Positions 18,858 through 27,693 of a DNA stretch of 64,000 nucleotides are shown in pieces. The position numbers and the translations under genes were made by a program. Every line of letters starts with the position of its first letter. Positions within the stretch are counted from its first letter, which is position 1. Under the pieces are notes generated by a model. The model saw only the letters and a program-made list of their open reading frames with translations. It was not told the origin of the DNA and did not search any database. Origin of the DNA: a virus (taxonomy: Duplodnaviria; Heunggongvirae; Uroviricota; Caudoviricetes; Crassvirales); IMG/VR virus record IMGVR_UViG_3300040771_000130, positions 38,195-102,194 of that record. One strand, given 5' to 3'.

Positions 18858-19883
18858 TTAAAAAGGTAATAATGTTTCACGAAATAGTATTTCATTTGCG
18901 ATTTCTTTACCAAAATTCTTTACTAGATCTGAAAAGTCTTTAGATTCATATTTACTTGGTATAAAACTATCAACTAATCCAAATTCTGTAGCAAATTTAT
19001 CTGCAAATATTCTACCCCAATTAGGGTTTTTATCAAAATCATTATCATATAATAATTCAATATCTGTGAACCTTGATTTTAATTGTTCAAATATATGTCT
19101 TTTTGGCAAAACATTTTCAGATTGCATTGCAATAGCTGGTAATTTAGCAACTTCATATAAACACATTACATCTTTTAAAGATTTAGTTATAATTAAAGTT
19201 TCACCTTTCTCAGGCAATTGTGTCCAACCTTGCCATACTGAATTATTGTGATTGTTAATCCATTTGTAATTTTCATTAAATGGTTGATATATTTTATAAG
19301 TTTCAATACCGTCTTTCATTTCAATAAAGCAATATGTGTATTTATCTGCAGGGAAACATTTGTCACCTATAAATATAAAACTTATTGGTTGTACATTAAA
19401 AAATTCTAAGGTTTGTTTACCAATACCGTATTGTCTCCAAAATAATACATCGTGTGATTGCCATTCTCTAGCTTTTTTACCAAGATAATAACCTGTATAT
19501 TTAGACAACATATCATCTTTGACAATTCTAACTTTATCTTTATCACTAGCACTTTTAGGATATATTTTACAAACATAGTCATCTTGAAGATTAAAATCAT
19601 TTGCTACTTTACTTAAAGCTTCAAAATATGTCAAACCATCACGTAGTCTTAAAAATTGTATAAAATCACCTTTTCCAAGCTTAAAATCATTAAAACATAC
19701 TTCATTACCTTCTCCAACAAAAAATCCAAATGAAGGGTTCTTTTCACGTCTTAAAGGAGATAATATTAACTTACCTAGACTAACTTCATCTTCTATATAA
19801 TGCTGAAATATTTCTAATTCATTAAAGTATTTTAATATTTCAGATTTAGATATTAATTGTTTTTCTTTATTTAAATCAAACAT
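18858..19883 (-). CDS. putative primase-like TOPRIM-domain protein
   Basis: C-terminal 'LIITKSLKDVMCLYEVA...IAMQSENV...LLYDNDFDKNPNWGR' resembles the TOPRIM E...DxD arrangement (Glu replaced by Lys). No zinc finger seen; assignment tentative. Confidence 0.3.
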   Translation of the reverse strand: MFDLNKEKQLISKSEILKYFNELEIFQHYIEDEVSLGKLILSPLRREKNPSFGFFVGEGNEVCFNDFKLGKGDFIQFLRLRDGLTYFEALSKVANDFNLQDDYVCKIYPKSASDKDKVRIVKDDMLSKYTGYYLGKKAREWQSHDVLFWRQYGIGKQTLEFFNVQPISFIFIGDKCFPADKYTYCFIEMKDGIETYKIYQPFNENYKWINNHNNSVWQGWTQLPEKGETLIITKSLKDVMCLYEVAKLPAIAMQSENVLPKRHIFEQLKSRFTDIELLYDNDFDKNPNWGRIFADKFATEFGLVDSFIPSKYESKDFSDLVKNFGKEIANEILFRETLLPF

Positions 19884-19884
19884 T

Positions 19885-20079
19885 TTATTCGTTAATTAAA
19901 GTTAATGTTTTTTTAACTGTTTTATTTTTATAAACAGAACATTGAAAATTATTAGTTTGACCTTTACAAAATATATGTGTACAATTTTTAACTAACATTG
20001 ATTCAGTAAAATCTTCTGGCTTTTCACAAACATTACAATATTCTTGAATTTCTTCTTTTATTATTTTATTTGATTCCAT
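19885..20079 (-). CDS. small zinc-ribbon protein
   Basis: 64 aa with 'CNVC...(x16)...CTHIFC' spacing of a treble-clef/zinc ribbon. Confidence 0.45.
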   Translation of the reverse strand: MESNKIIKEEIQEYCNVCEKPEDFTESMLVKNCTHIFCKGQTNNFQCSVYKNKTVKKTLTLINE

Positions 20080-20104
20080 AATTTTTTAATTTTAGTTAAT
20101 ATTG

Positions 20105-20173
20105 AGGTTGAGGTGGGAATCGAACCCACCACTAACTCCATTACAGAGCCTGTTAACCTACTTCCACTCAACC
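20105..20173 (-). tRNA. tRNA-like element (short D-region; possible anticodon TAA)
   Basis: Minus strand has a 7-bp acceptor stem GGTTGAG/CTCAACC and a T-arm GTGGG-TTCGATT-CCCAC. The only foldable anticodon stem (GGCTC/GAGTT, two G-U pairs) gives loop TGTAATG. The D-arm is not canonical; ~69 nt. Confidence 0.45.
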
Positions 20174-20200
20174 ACCAGAGATTAAATCCCTAATTTATTA

Positions 20201-20761
20201 TTACCAAATATCAGCACTTGGTTTAGTTTCTGTACCTGGATTATCTGCTTTTGGAGCATCTGCTTCAGGGCGTTCTAAAACATCTGTATTTGTAGGTTTC
20301 AATCTATCAAATTTAACATCTTGTTTTTGAATGAAATTAAACATTCTAAGTCCAAGATATTTAGAAGGTTTAGCTGTGTAACCGTAAGTTACAAATACAT
20401 CTACTTTTTTACCTTCAGAGTTTTCTTTAATGACTTTGAACAATGTATTCATTGCGTCCATATATCCATTTACTGCAGGATATACAAAGTCTTCAGGTAC
20501 TAATGCTTCAGCAATAGATTTAACCCTTTGATAAGTCATATTTTGACGCTTTTCATCGTCTTCAGTACTAAAGTAAAAACCTTGGTTAATTCCAGGAGCA
20601 CCAGATTCATCGGTAACTACAATTTTATAATCTGGGTAACTATCTGGTTCGTCAACTTTTCTTTTTTCAACTGTTACACTAACATTTTCAACTTTTCCTG
20701 CATTTCCGTTATTAAACACTGCACTAGTTGTCACTTTCTCATTTAAATTGAATGTACTCAT
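20201..20761 (-). CDS. hypothetical protein
   Basis: 186-aa ORF upstream of a terminator-bounded leader. Its position next to the Sak4-like gene would suit an SSB but no OB-fold signature is recognisable. Confidence 0.5.
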   Translation of the reverse strand: MSTFNLNEKVTTSAVFNNGNAGKVENVSVTVEKRKVDEPDSYPDYKIVVTDESGAPGINQGFYFSTEDDEKRQNMTYQRVKSIAEALVPEDFVYPAVNGYMDAMNTLFKVIKENSEGKKVDVFVTYGYTAKPSKYLGLRMFNFIQKQDVKFDRLKPTNTDVLERPEADAPKADNPGTETKPSADIW

Positions 20762-20796
20762 CTTTATTTTATTTTTGGCTTATATAATTATTATTG

Positions 20797-20834
20797 TTTA
20801 AAAAATAAGGGGTTTATACCGCAAGTACCCTTCC
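20797..20834 (-). terminator. intrinsic terminator hairpin (minus strand)
   Basis: On the minus strand an AAGGG(G)T/ACCCCTT stem (one bulge) with a 13-nt loop is followed by a U6 tract. It lies ~120 nt downstream of the Sak4-like stop. Confidence 0.4.
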
Positions 20835-20954
20835 AATTACTGACTTGCTAACCAACGATTTAGATGACCTCCACGCCAACATATAATGTCTGTAATTCAT
20901 CGGCTTCGATACCTATCATTTGCAACTGAATCAGTCTGTGATGTTTTAATATTT

Positions 20955-21716
20955 TTATATAAAAATCTTACTCCAATCAACAGTTAGTTTACCTGTTTCA
21001 TCAGACTCAACCACTGTAATTTTTTGGTTTTTTAAATGTTCACTACGACTTCCACAAATAAGTGAATCTGAAGGTTGAAAATTAACAATAGTTTTATTAT
21101 CTTCACGATAGGCATAACCAATTGCATCAACTTGTGAACAGAGAATTGCTGCAGATTTACCTATCAAGTCCAATCCTCTTTCAGTCATTTCTTTACCTTC
21201 TTTTTCTACAAACTTATCTTTTAAATGTCCTAGAATAATTAATGTTTCAAAACATTCTTCCAATTCTTCTAAAACTAACCATAATGCTTTACGAGTATAT
21301 TGGTAACCTGCACCATTTGGTAGCGTTGTAACGTCATCCCCTTGCCAGTTACGACCTTGTGGAGTTTGTTGATACAGTTTATTAGCTAACAATAAAACGT
21401 GATCTTCTAAAGCAGTAACTGTGTCAATAGCACCATATTTGTAAATAAATTTTCCAGCTTTTGCGTTTTCTTCTTTTATTTTGGAAATGACTTGTTTTAA
21501 CGCAGATATTGGAGAAGTATTATTCTTTTTTGCAACATCAAGGACATTGATTTTCATTGCACTAACAAATTCAGAACCGTCTTCTAAATCGATAAGTAGA
21601 CAATTATCTAATCCACTAATCATTTCTGTTTTACCTACTTTAGGTTTACTAAACAATATTAATTTTTTAGGATTTACTCTTGTTGCTTTAATTTTTGAAC
21701 TAGGTAGTTCTATCAT
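20955..21716 (-). CDS. Sak4-like (AAA_24) RecA-fold ATPase, putative recombination/annealing protein
   Basis: N-terminal Walker A 'LFSKPKVGKTEM' after a short leader; ~250 aa size and layout are typical of phage AAA_24/Sak4 proteins. Confidence 0.5.
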   Translation of the reverse strand: MIELPSSKIKATRVNPKKLILFSKPKVGKTEMISGLDNCLLIDLEDGSEFVSAMKINVLDVAKKNNTSPISALKQVISKIKEENAKAGKFIYKYGAIDTVTALEDHVLLLANKLYQQTPQGRNWQGDDVTTLPNGAGYQYTRKALWLVLEELEECFETLIILGHLKDKFVEKEGKEMTERGLDLIGKSAAILCSQVDAIGYAYREDNKTIVNFQPSDSLICGSRSEHLKNQKITVVESDETGKLTVDWSKIFI

Positions 21717-21764
21717 ATTTAATTTATTTAAATTTATTAATTTTTTTATTAATAAAGATATAAA

Positions 21765-21806
21765 TTATTTTTAGATATTTTTTACTATTTTTAGATATTT
21801 TTTAAT
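21765..21806. repeat. tandem ~21-bp direct repeat (x2) in promoter region
   Basis: 'tatttttagatattttttac' occurs twice head-to-tail immediately upstream (minus sense) of the Sak4-like gene. Confidence 0.6.
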
Positions 21807-22374
21807 TTATATCTTCTATTTTACTTTGCAAAAAACTTTGCATTACGACACCTTTGTATTTTAATAACATTTCTTTAGTTTTAGGTACTATATCAGGGTA
21901 TACAAAACTGTGACTACCATAATTCCAACTATTTCCAGTTAATACATTATTTTTAACACAAGTCATCATAAATTCTAGATAATCTAAACCTCTTGTTTTG
22001 GGTTTACAAATATCTGTAAAAAAATTTTCATTGTTAAAACTACCATTTTTATACCATAATATTCTAATAAAGTTTAATAACAATAAATTTGAATAATGAT
22101 TATCTAATAATTTATATTTGATATAAATCTTATCTTCAATTAATACAAACTTGCAAAGTGTTATTTTATTTACTAAATAAACAATTCGTTTACGTTGAAT
22201 ATCTGTAATTTTAGGTTGAATATATTTATCAATATATATGTCTTTTTTAGTTTTAACATCTATGTCTAATTCAGACATTCTTGATTTAATTAACCCTGCC
22301 CAACAAGCTTCGATTGGATTATTAATTAATTTTCCATTTTTAAGATGGTATATATAACAGCTATAATCTCTCAT
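21802..22374 (-). CDS. hypothetical protein
   Basis: 190-aa ORF. Upstream (22381..22400) carries a tandem 10-bp 'tactattttt' x2 repeat. Confidence 0.5.
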   Translation of the reverse strand: MRDYSCYIYHLKNGKLINNPIEACWAGLIKSRMSELDIDVKTKKDIYIDKYIQPKITDIQRKRIVYLVNKITLCKFVLIEDKIYIKYKLLDNHYSNLLLLNFIRILWYKNGSFNNENFFTDICKPKTRGLDYLEFMMTCVKNNVLTGNSWNYGSHSFVYPDIVPKTKEMLLKYKGVVMQSFLQSKIEDIN

Positions 22375-22382
22375 TTTTTTTA

Positions 22383-23495
22383 CTATTTTTTACTATTTTT
22401 TATAAATTCATATACTTGTTTTATTGCATCATTATTGTTTGGTAATGGAAGTTCGCGAAAATAATTTACGGCACCGTCAAAATATAATGGACATATTGTA
22501 CCTGCACCACCATCACGAGAAATAATAATTTCTATAAATCTAATATTATCTTTAAATTGAGTAATATCATAACCTAAATATTCTGGTATTTCGTGTTTAA
22601 ATGGACTAAATATACCAATCATCATATTACAATCACGAGCAATTAATTTGTTATCACCAAGATTTGCAACAGAAGGTCTTAATGCACCAGCTTTTTTGTG
22701 TTCAATATTTTCACCAGCAATTGCTTGTTGAATAACTACTACAGGTATATAATTAAATCTATTTCTAAGTTTAATTAAATAGTCTGAAGACAGTAAAGAT
22801 ATACTTTCATGTAAAGATAGTTGAGTTCCGTTAAGTTTTTGTGGACTAATTAATCCAATATGATCTACAATTACCATTACATATTCTTCTGGATCATTTG
22901 CATCATATCTGTCTTCAACTTTAGTTACTTCACCCTTTATTACAATTTCACGATAATGAATAGTACCATTAGCTACAGCATATTTACGAACTAAATCGTA
23001 AATACCTGTTGCGTGACGAATATCGTCGACAAATTCTACAATTTCTTCAATTTTATCAAAATACTTTTGATATTTAGATATTGTTTCTAAAACTTCTAAA
23101 GTTAAGACTTTTTTAGCGTGTGTAGATTTTAAATCTGTTGGTGCAATTCTTAAACCTTCTTTAATAAATAGTATATTTGCAAAACAAGCTAACATTTTTT
23201 CTTCTTTAGAAAGTTCTAATGTAAAGTAAAATATTTTTAATCGTATATCAAGATCACCATCAACTATTTGTTTAATTGTATTAAACACAAATAACCAATC
23301 TGTAAGTTGTGTTTTACCAGCTTTACTCTGGGCAGTAACTTGGTAATATTTACCTTGTTCAATTCCTGGAGAATTTTCTTCAAATCTTGGTAAATTCCAA
23401 GGTATGCAGTTTACTTTACCAGATAATATTCGATTTCTTTTGTTTACAATATTTTCATATACTCTAGAAAATAAAGAAGGTTTTTTTTCATCCAT
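22383..23495 (-). CDS. DnaB-family replicative DNA helicase (RecA-like C-terminal domain)
   Basis: Walker A 'QSKAGKTQL'; C-terminal 'VVVIQQAIAGENIEHKKAGALRPSVANLGDNKLIARDCNMMIGIF' matches the DnaB 'SQLnR..E.R...rP.lsDLr.S..iEqdAD.v' block. Confidence 0.6.
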   Translation of the reverse strand: MDEKKPSLFSRVYENIVNKRNRILSGKVNCIPWNLPRFEENSPGIEQGKYYQVTAQSKAGKTQLTDWLFVFNTIKQIVDGDLDIRLKIFYFTLELSKEEKMLACFANILFIKEGLRIAPTDLKSTHAKKVLTLEVLETISKYQKYFDKIEEIVEFVDDIRHATGIYDLVRKYAVANGTIHYREIVIKGEVTKVEDRYDANDPEEYVMVIVDHIGLISPQKLNGTQLSLHESISLLSSDYLIKLRNRFNYIPVVVIQQAIAGENIEHKKAGALRPSVANLGDNKLIARDCNMMIGIFSPFKHEIPEYLGYDITQFKDNIRFIEIIISRDGGAGTICPLYFDGAVNYFRELPLPNNNDAIKQVYEFIKNSKK

Positions 23496-23497
23496 TA

Positions 23498-23977
23498 TTA
23501 TAATTTAATATTTTCTTCTGTTAAACCCATTAATTTAATAATACCCATAAAAGAATAAATGTCATTTTTACCAATATCATTTATTTTTTGATAAGATTTA
23601 TTATAGCTTCCACAATATTTAACATTATTACTTCTACTTAAACCATATTGAAAAATCCATTTATCAGCATCATCACATAATAATATAACAGTTTTGTCAT
23701 TTTCATCTAAAAATCTTTTAATAGTTTTAGCCACATGTTTATCTGAAACTTTAAAATATGTTTTACTAATTAAAACTATATCTTGAAAACTTCTATACTT
23801 ACCTGACATACACTGTAATGAAGTATATTGTGAATCAAAATATGTAGCACTTTTTAAACAACCTTTTGTCCATATATTAATATCATCTAATTTTAATATT
23901 CTTTTTAAAAAAGTATATAACGTATCGGTAGGTTTTCGAGATTCATCTTTTACATAAATTTTTATTATTTCTTTCAT
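23498..23977 (-). CDS. hypothetical protein
   Basis: 159-aa ORF, ATGA-coupled to the upstream gene. Confidence 0.5.
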   Translation of the reverse strand: MKEIIKIYVKDESRKPTDTLYTFLKRILKLDDINIWTKGCLKSATYFDSQYTSLQCMSGKYRSFQDIVLISKTYFKVSDKHVAKTIKRFLDENDKTVILLCDDADKWIFQYGLSRSNNVKYCGSYNKSYQKINDIGKNDIYSFMGIIKLMGLTEENIKL

Positions 23978-24750
23978 TACAAATTAGATTTATAAAATCC
24001 CCAAACTTTAATTTCATTATTACTGTTTGGATTTAGTTCAGGTTCACTTTTAAAATCAGACATTTCATCAAATATCTCAAATGTTTCTTCGTCAATATAT
24101 TCGTTATTCGTAACATTTGTAGACATTAAATAAATTCCAGCATTATAACCGTTATTTAATTTATGTCTCATGTAATTTTTAAAATGAGCAATAATTAATG
24201 CTTTATGTAACAATGGTAAATCTTCTTCAGAATCAACTTCTAAGTTTTCAACAATGTTGTTGATAACATTTACTTGTGAACCAATGTTCATAAGGTTTTT
24301 TACACCACAACTAAAACTATCTGAATTTCTTAAAATATTTAATGAATTATTAATAACAATTTCTTCATTATCAAATCCAATAAATTTTGTAATAGCATCA
24401 ATATGTGTGATACTATCAATTAAATCTTGTTCAGTTCTAGCAATTACTTCAGGTTCTGGTTCAGGAATAACTTCTTCTTCTTCAACGACTTCTTCAAATA
24501 AATCTTTGTAATATCTTACAGTTTTATTATTGTCATTAACAATTTTTACAGTTTCACCTTCGTCAATAACGATTGGATATTCTTTATTTAACGTTAAATT
24601 ATAATTTTTTGGGTTTGTACAAACTAATTTTTCCATTTTTACTTTAATTTTATTGTTTTTAAATATTTTATTATTGGCATTATTCCAATATAATTCTTCA
24701 TCTTCATCATATTCATTCCAAAATGTTTCATCAAAATTATAATCAAACAT
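23977..24750 (-). CDS. hypothetical acidic protein
   Basis: 257 aa with an extremely acidic stretch 'EEVVEEEEVIPEPEPEV' and an acidic C-terminus. Confidence 0.5.
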   Translation of the reverse strand: MFDYNFDETFWNEYDEDEELYWNNANNKIFKNNKIKVKMEKLVCTNPKNYNLTLNKEYPIVIDEGETVKIVNDNNKTVRYYKDLFEEVVEEEEVIPEPEPEVIARTEQDLIDSITHIDAITKFIGFDNEEIVINNSLNILRNSDSFSCGVKNLMNIGSQVNVINNIVENLEVDSEEDLPLLHKALIIAHFKNYMRHKLNNGYNAGIYLMSTNVTNNEYIDEETFEIFDEMSDFKSEPELNPNSNNEIKVWGFYKSNL

Positions 24751-25178
24751 TACATATTATTTTTAATTTCATCGTAGTCAGCTAGACTATAACCGTCAAC
24801 ACCTTTTTTATTGTAGTGATTTTTTACACTGTAATTAGTAATCCATTGTGCAGAAGTATTTAGGACATATTTTACAACTACTTTTTGAATTTTATCACAC
24901 CATACTAAAACAACTGATTGATCTTCTTGAATAATTTCAAATAAGATTTTAACCATTGCTTTCATAGAAGTAGCAGGAAATCTAGATTTAGTTAGTTCCC
25001 ACAATTCTGTAATACTACGACTAGCACCGTCTACGTTTTCACCTTTACCGTCACATTGAATAATAGTAAATTCTGGATTTTCATAAGACGATATTTTTTT
25101 ACCCATTAAAAACTTTTTAATAAAACTTTTACGAGTTCTAGTTTTAGGAACGTCTGATTCTTTTACGTATATTGCCAT
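24750..25178 (-). CDS. hypothetical protein, 'MAIYV' family paralog A
   Basis: 142 aa. Shares N-terminus 'MAIYV' and a 'QC.KGK...S..E..E.......S.K...K.L' pattern with ORF 32573..32980. Confidence 0.5.
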   Translation of the reverse strand: MAIYVKESDVPKTRTRKSFIKKFLMGKKISSYENPEFTIIQCDGKGENVDGASRSITELWELTKSRFPATSMKAMVKILFEIIQEDQSVVLVWCDKIQKVVVKYVLNTSAQWITNYSVKNHYNKKGVDGYSLADYDEIKNNM

Positions 25179-25190
25179 TTTTCATTATTT

Positions 25191-25400
25191 TTATTGTTTT
25201 AATTTATTAAGTTTTTCCCATAAAATTTCAGAACCTTTAAAAGGTGTATCTGTATATTTAATGTCAAATAAATATTCATAAAAGAATATTATTGACATTA
25301 ACGATAATACTATTGTAAAACATTCAATAATACCTAAAATAATTACAATTATGTAAAATGGTATTAATATTATTCTTAATAAAAATTTAAGTATTACCAT
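25191..25400 (-). CDS. small membrane protein
   Basis: 69 aa with two strongly hydrophobic segments. Confidence 0.45.
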   Translation of the reverse strand: MVILKFLLRIILIPFYIIVIILGIIECFTIVLSLMSIIFFYEYLFDIKYTDTPFKGSEILWEKLNKLKQ

Positions 25401-25401
25401 T

Positions 25402-25572
25402 ATTTTTTAATTTTTTCTTCATACACTTCCATTAATTTATTTCTAAGTTTATCATTATCAAGTTTACCTTTAGTCATAAATTCTAATTTATTAACTTTTA
25501 TTCTATCAATTAAAGGTATCACAATATGGTATTGTGTATGATAACAAGTTTTTTCAAATTCTTCAAATGTTA
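25402..25572 (-). CDS. small hypothetical protein (56 aa)
   Basis: Continuous minus-strand frame MITFEEFEKTCYHTQYHIVIPLIDRIKVNKLEFMTKGKLDNDKLRNKLMEVYEEKIKK. It exactly fills the gap between flanking genes and is below the track cutoff. Confidence 0.3.
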
Positions 25573-25809
25573 TCATTTTGTATTATTTAAACCATTTAAG
25601 AAAATTTTACCAATTTCTGTAGGTTTAAATCTTCTTTCATCACTAGGAAAACCTTTAAATATAGTATTTACTAATGGTGTCCAATTACTATTCCAAACAG
25701 ATCCAGCATACATTTCTTCTAATTTATTATAAATTATAAGACAATTTTCAGCATCTTCTTTATATTCAGTTTTTAATTGTTTTTGTAATCTATCATATAA
25801 TTTTCCCAT
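25573..25809 (-). CDS. hypothetical protein
   Basis: 78-aa ORF in array. Confidence 0.45.
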   Translation of the reverse strand: MGKLYDRLQKQLKTEYKEDAENCLIIYNKLEEMYAGSVWNSNWTPLVNTIFKGFPSDERRFKPTEIGKIFLNGLNNTK

Positions 25810-25821
25810 TATTATTTATTT

Positions 25822-26436
25822 TTAAATTAATTTTGTAGTCCAATCAGTATTATCAATTTCTTTTTCCTCTATAAAAGCAGATAATCTAGAATCTTCTTCT
25901 TTACCATTATCTTTTTTATAAATAAAATAGTGAGCAGCTTGAAGATATTGATAATCATTTACAGATTTTATATAAATTCTAGCTGCTTTAAGAATATCTT
26001 CTTTAGAATAACTAGGATTTTCTTTCATCCATCTAATCATCTTTTCTTTACAAGCCATTGGCGAACCCATAGAACCTACTTTAAGACCTTTCCATAGATT
26101 TCTGTATTCTTCTATAAATTGATCAATTTCACTGTTAATAACGCGACTAGATTGTTTGGATGTTTTCTTTTCTTTATAATTGGAAATACTATTTTCTATA
26201 GATACAAAATTTAATAGTAACTTAGCTTTTTCACGAACAATCGTAATAGTTCCTTCAATATCAACAACTAGTTTAACAAATTGTTTATCTTGTAAACAAT
26301 GTAAAATATCTAATTCTACAACTTCTAAACCTACATCAACTTCAAGTAAATGTAAAAGAGTTATAAATTCTACAACTGAAAGATTTTGTTCTTTTAAAAA
26401 ATTTAAGTCTAATATAAAAGCTTCCATATTATTCAC
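25822..26436 (-). CDS. hypothetical protein
   Basis: 204-aa ORF; no confident motif. Confidence 0.5.
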   Translation of the reverse strand: MNNMEAFILDLNFLKEQNLSVVEFITLLHLLEVDVGLEVVELDILHCLQDKQFVKLVVDIEGTITIVREKAKLLLNFVSIENSISNYKEKKTSKQSSRVINSEIDQFIEEYRNLWKGLKVGSMGSPMACKEKMIRWMKENPSYSKEDILKAARIYIKSVNDYQYLQAAHYFIYKKDNGKEEDSRLSAFIEEKEIDNTDWTTKLI

Positions 26437-26581
26437 TTCCTTTTTTAATTAAGTAATACCATAACCAAATAATTCTGGGTCTGATAAATTCATACAAAAT
26501 TAATATTAATATATATTTCATCTTTTAGTTTTATTTAAATTAATTAATATCATAAATATAATTAATAATATTAAACCTATA

Positions 26582-26773
26582 TTACCAATCATCGTTAGTT
26601 TCTAATAAATCTTCATTTAAAGAAAGTAGATAATCTTCTTCTAAAACATCAGATATTGTACCAGTAGCATTACATAATGTACAGTCTTGATATTCAAATC
26701 CTTTTTTACCATTAGTTTTAGGAACCATCACATTTGTGGCTCCCATACATTTTGGACATAATTTATCATCCAT
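26582..26773 (-). CDS. small zinc-ribbon protein
   Basis: 63 aa with 'CPKC...(x21)...CTLC' four-Cys ribbon and an acidic tail. ATGA-coupled to prs. Confidence 0.45.
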   Translation of the reverse strand: MDDKLCPKCMGATNVMVPKTNGKKGFEYQDCTLCNATGTISDVLEEDYLLSLNEDLLETNDDW

Positions 26774-27693
26774 TAAAATACATTTAATTGTTTAACATTA
26801 GATTTTTGATCATATTCTATATCACAAATATCACGGTAACTATTAGTACAATAAATACCATCAAAATATTTATTTAATTCATCAAAACCTTTAGAAAAGA
26901 TTCCGTGAGTTACAATAAGATAGATTTTACCAGTATAAATTTGCTTTAACTTTTTTGCAATATTTAAAAATGTTGCACCACCATCGCAAATATCATCAAT
27001 AATAATTATATCTTTATCTAATAGTTGTGTTGAAATTGGAATTTCCACTTTACTTAATTTACCATTTTCATCTCTAGATTTACTACAAGTAATAATATCT
27101 CCTTTATAACCAATTTGTTCAGCTATTTTAAAGATTTTTTTATTTGCACCAGCATCTGGAGATATTAGAATAAAGTTATCCCATTTTACATTTTCATCAC
27201 CATATAGTGTACTAATTGTATCATCAACCAGTAGTGTATTATCGAGTTTTTTAAAATTATTTAAACAAGCTTCTAATACATCACTATGTGGATCAATTAC
27301 TGTTACAGATTCAAAATTTAAACTATTAATAATAGGACAAATCACATCTTTAAGATAATTATTAGAACCTTCTTCAAATTTTCTATCACTCCTACTTCCT
27401 AAAAAATATGGTGTATATAAATGAATTTCTTTAATCCCTAATTCACGTAATGATTTAGTTGCACAAATAATTAATTCTAAATCTTTAAAATTGTTCAATC
27501 TAGCTTTAATTTGCACAATATTTTTACTTTCAGCATTCCAACTTTGATAATCGTAACCCTCCATTCTACTTGTTCCAGTATTATGAAAAGTTCTTTTTAA
27601 TGGAATTTTAACTTGTTGTTGACCATCAGGAAATTTAGAAACCTCAAACTTAATATCTGAAGTTTCATTATTTGTTAAGTTTAATATTTTCAT
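26773..27693 (-). CDS. prs: ribose-phosphate pyrophosphokinase (PRPP synthetase)
   Basis: PRPP-binding loop 'IIIDDICDGGATF' and a second PRTase-type block 'ILISPDAGANKK'; ~306 aa as for Prs. Confidence 0.65.
   Translation of the reverse strand: MKILNLTNNETSDIKFEVSKFPDGQQQVKIPLKRTFHNTGTSRMEGYDYQSWNAESKNIVQIKARLNNFKDLELIICATKSLRELGIKEIHLYTPYFLGSRSDRKFEEGSNNYLKDVICPIINSLNFESVTVIDPHSDVLEACLNNFKKLDNTLLVDDTISTLYGDENVKWDNFILISPDAGANKKIFKIAEQIGYKGDIITCSKSRDENGKLSKVEIPISTQLLDKDIIIIDDICDGGATFLNIAKKLKQIYTGKIYLIVTHGIFSKGFDELNKYFDGIYCTNSYRDICDIEYDQKSNVKQLNVF

Noticed and set aside
19066-19600. ORFs 19066..19251 (+) and 19406..19600 (-)
   Set aside because: Embedded within the 341-aa TOPRIM-like gene in other frames or on the other strand.
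20321-20746. Plus-strand ORFs 20321..20503 and 20528..20746
   Set aside because: Antisense to the 186-aa minus-strand gene; Phe/Ile-rich junk translation.
21481-21774. Plus-strand 97-aa ORF
   Set aside because: Antisense to the Sak4-like gene and running through the tandem-repeat promoter region.
24254-24511. Plus-strand 85-aa ORF
   Set aside because: Antisense to the acidic 257-aa gene (poly-Ser is the reverse reading of a poly-Glu stretch).
25526-25732. Plus-strand 68-aa ORF
   Set aside because: Overlaps two minus-strand genes; the true small gene here is minus-strand 25402..25572.
26180-26452. Plus-strand 90-aa ORF
   Set aside because: Antisense within the 25822..26436 gene.
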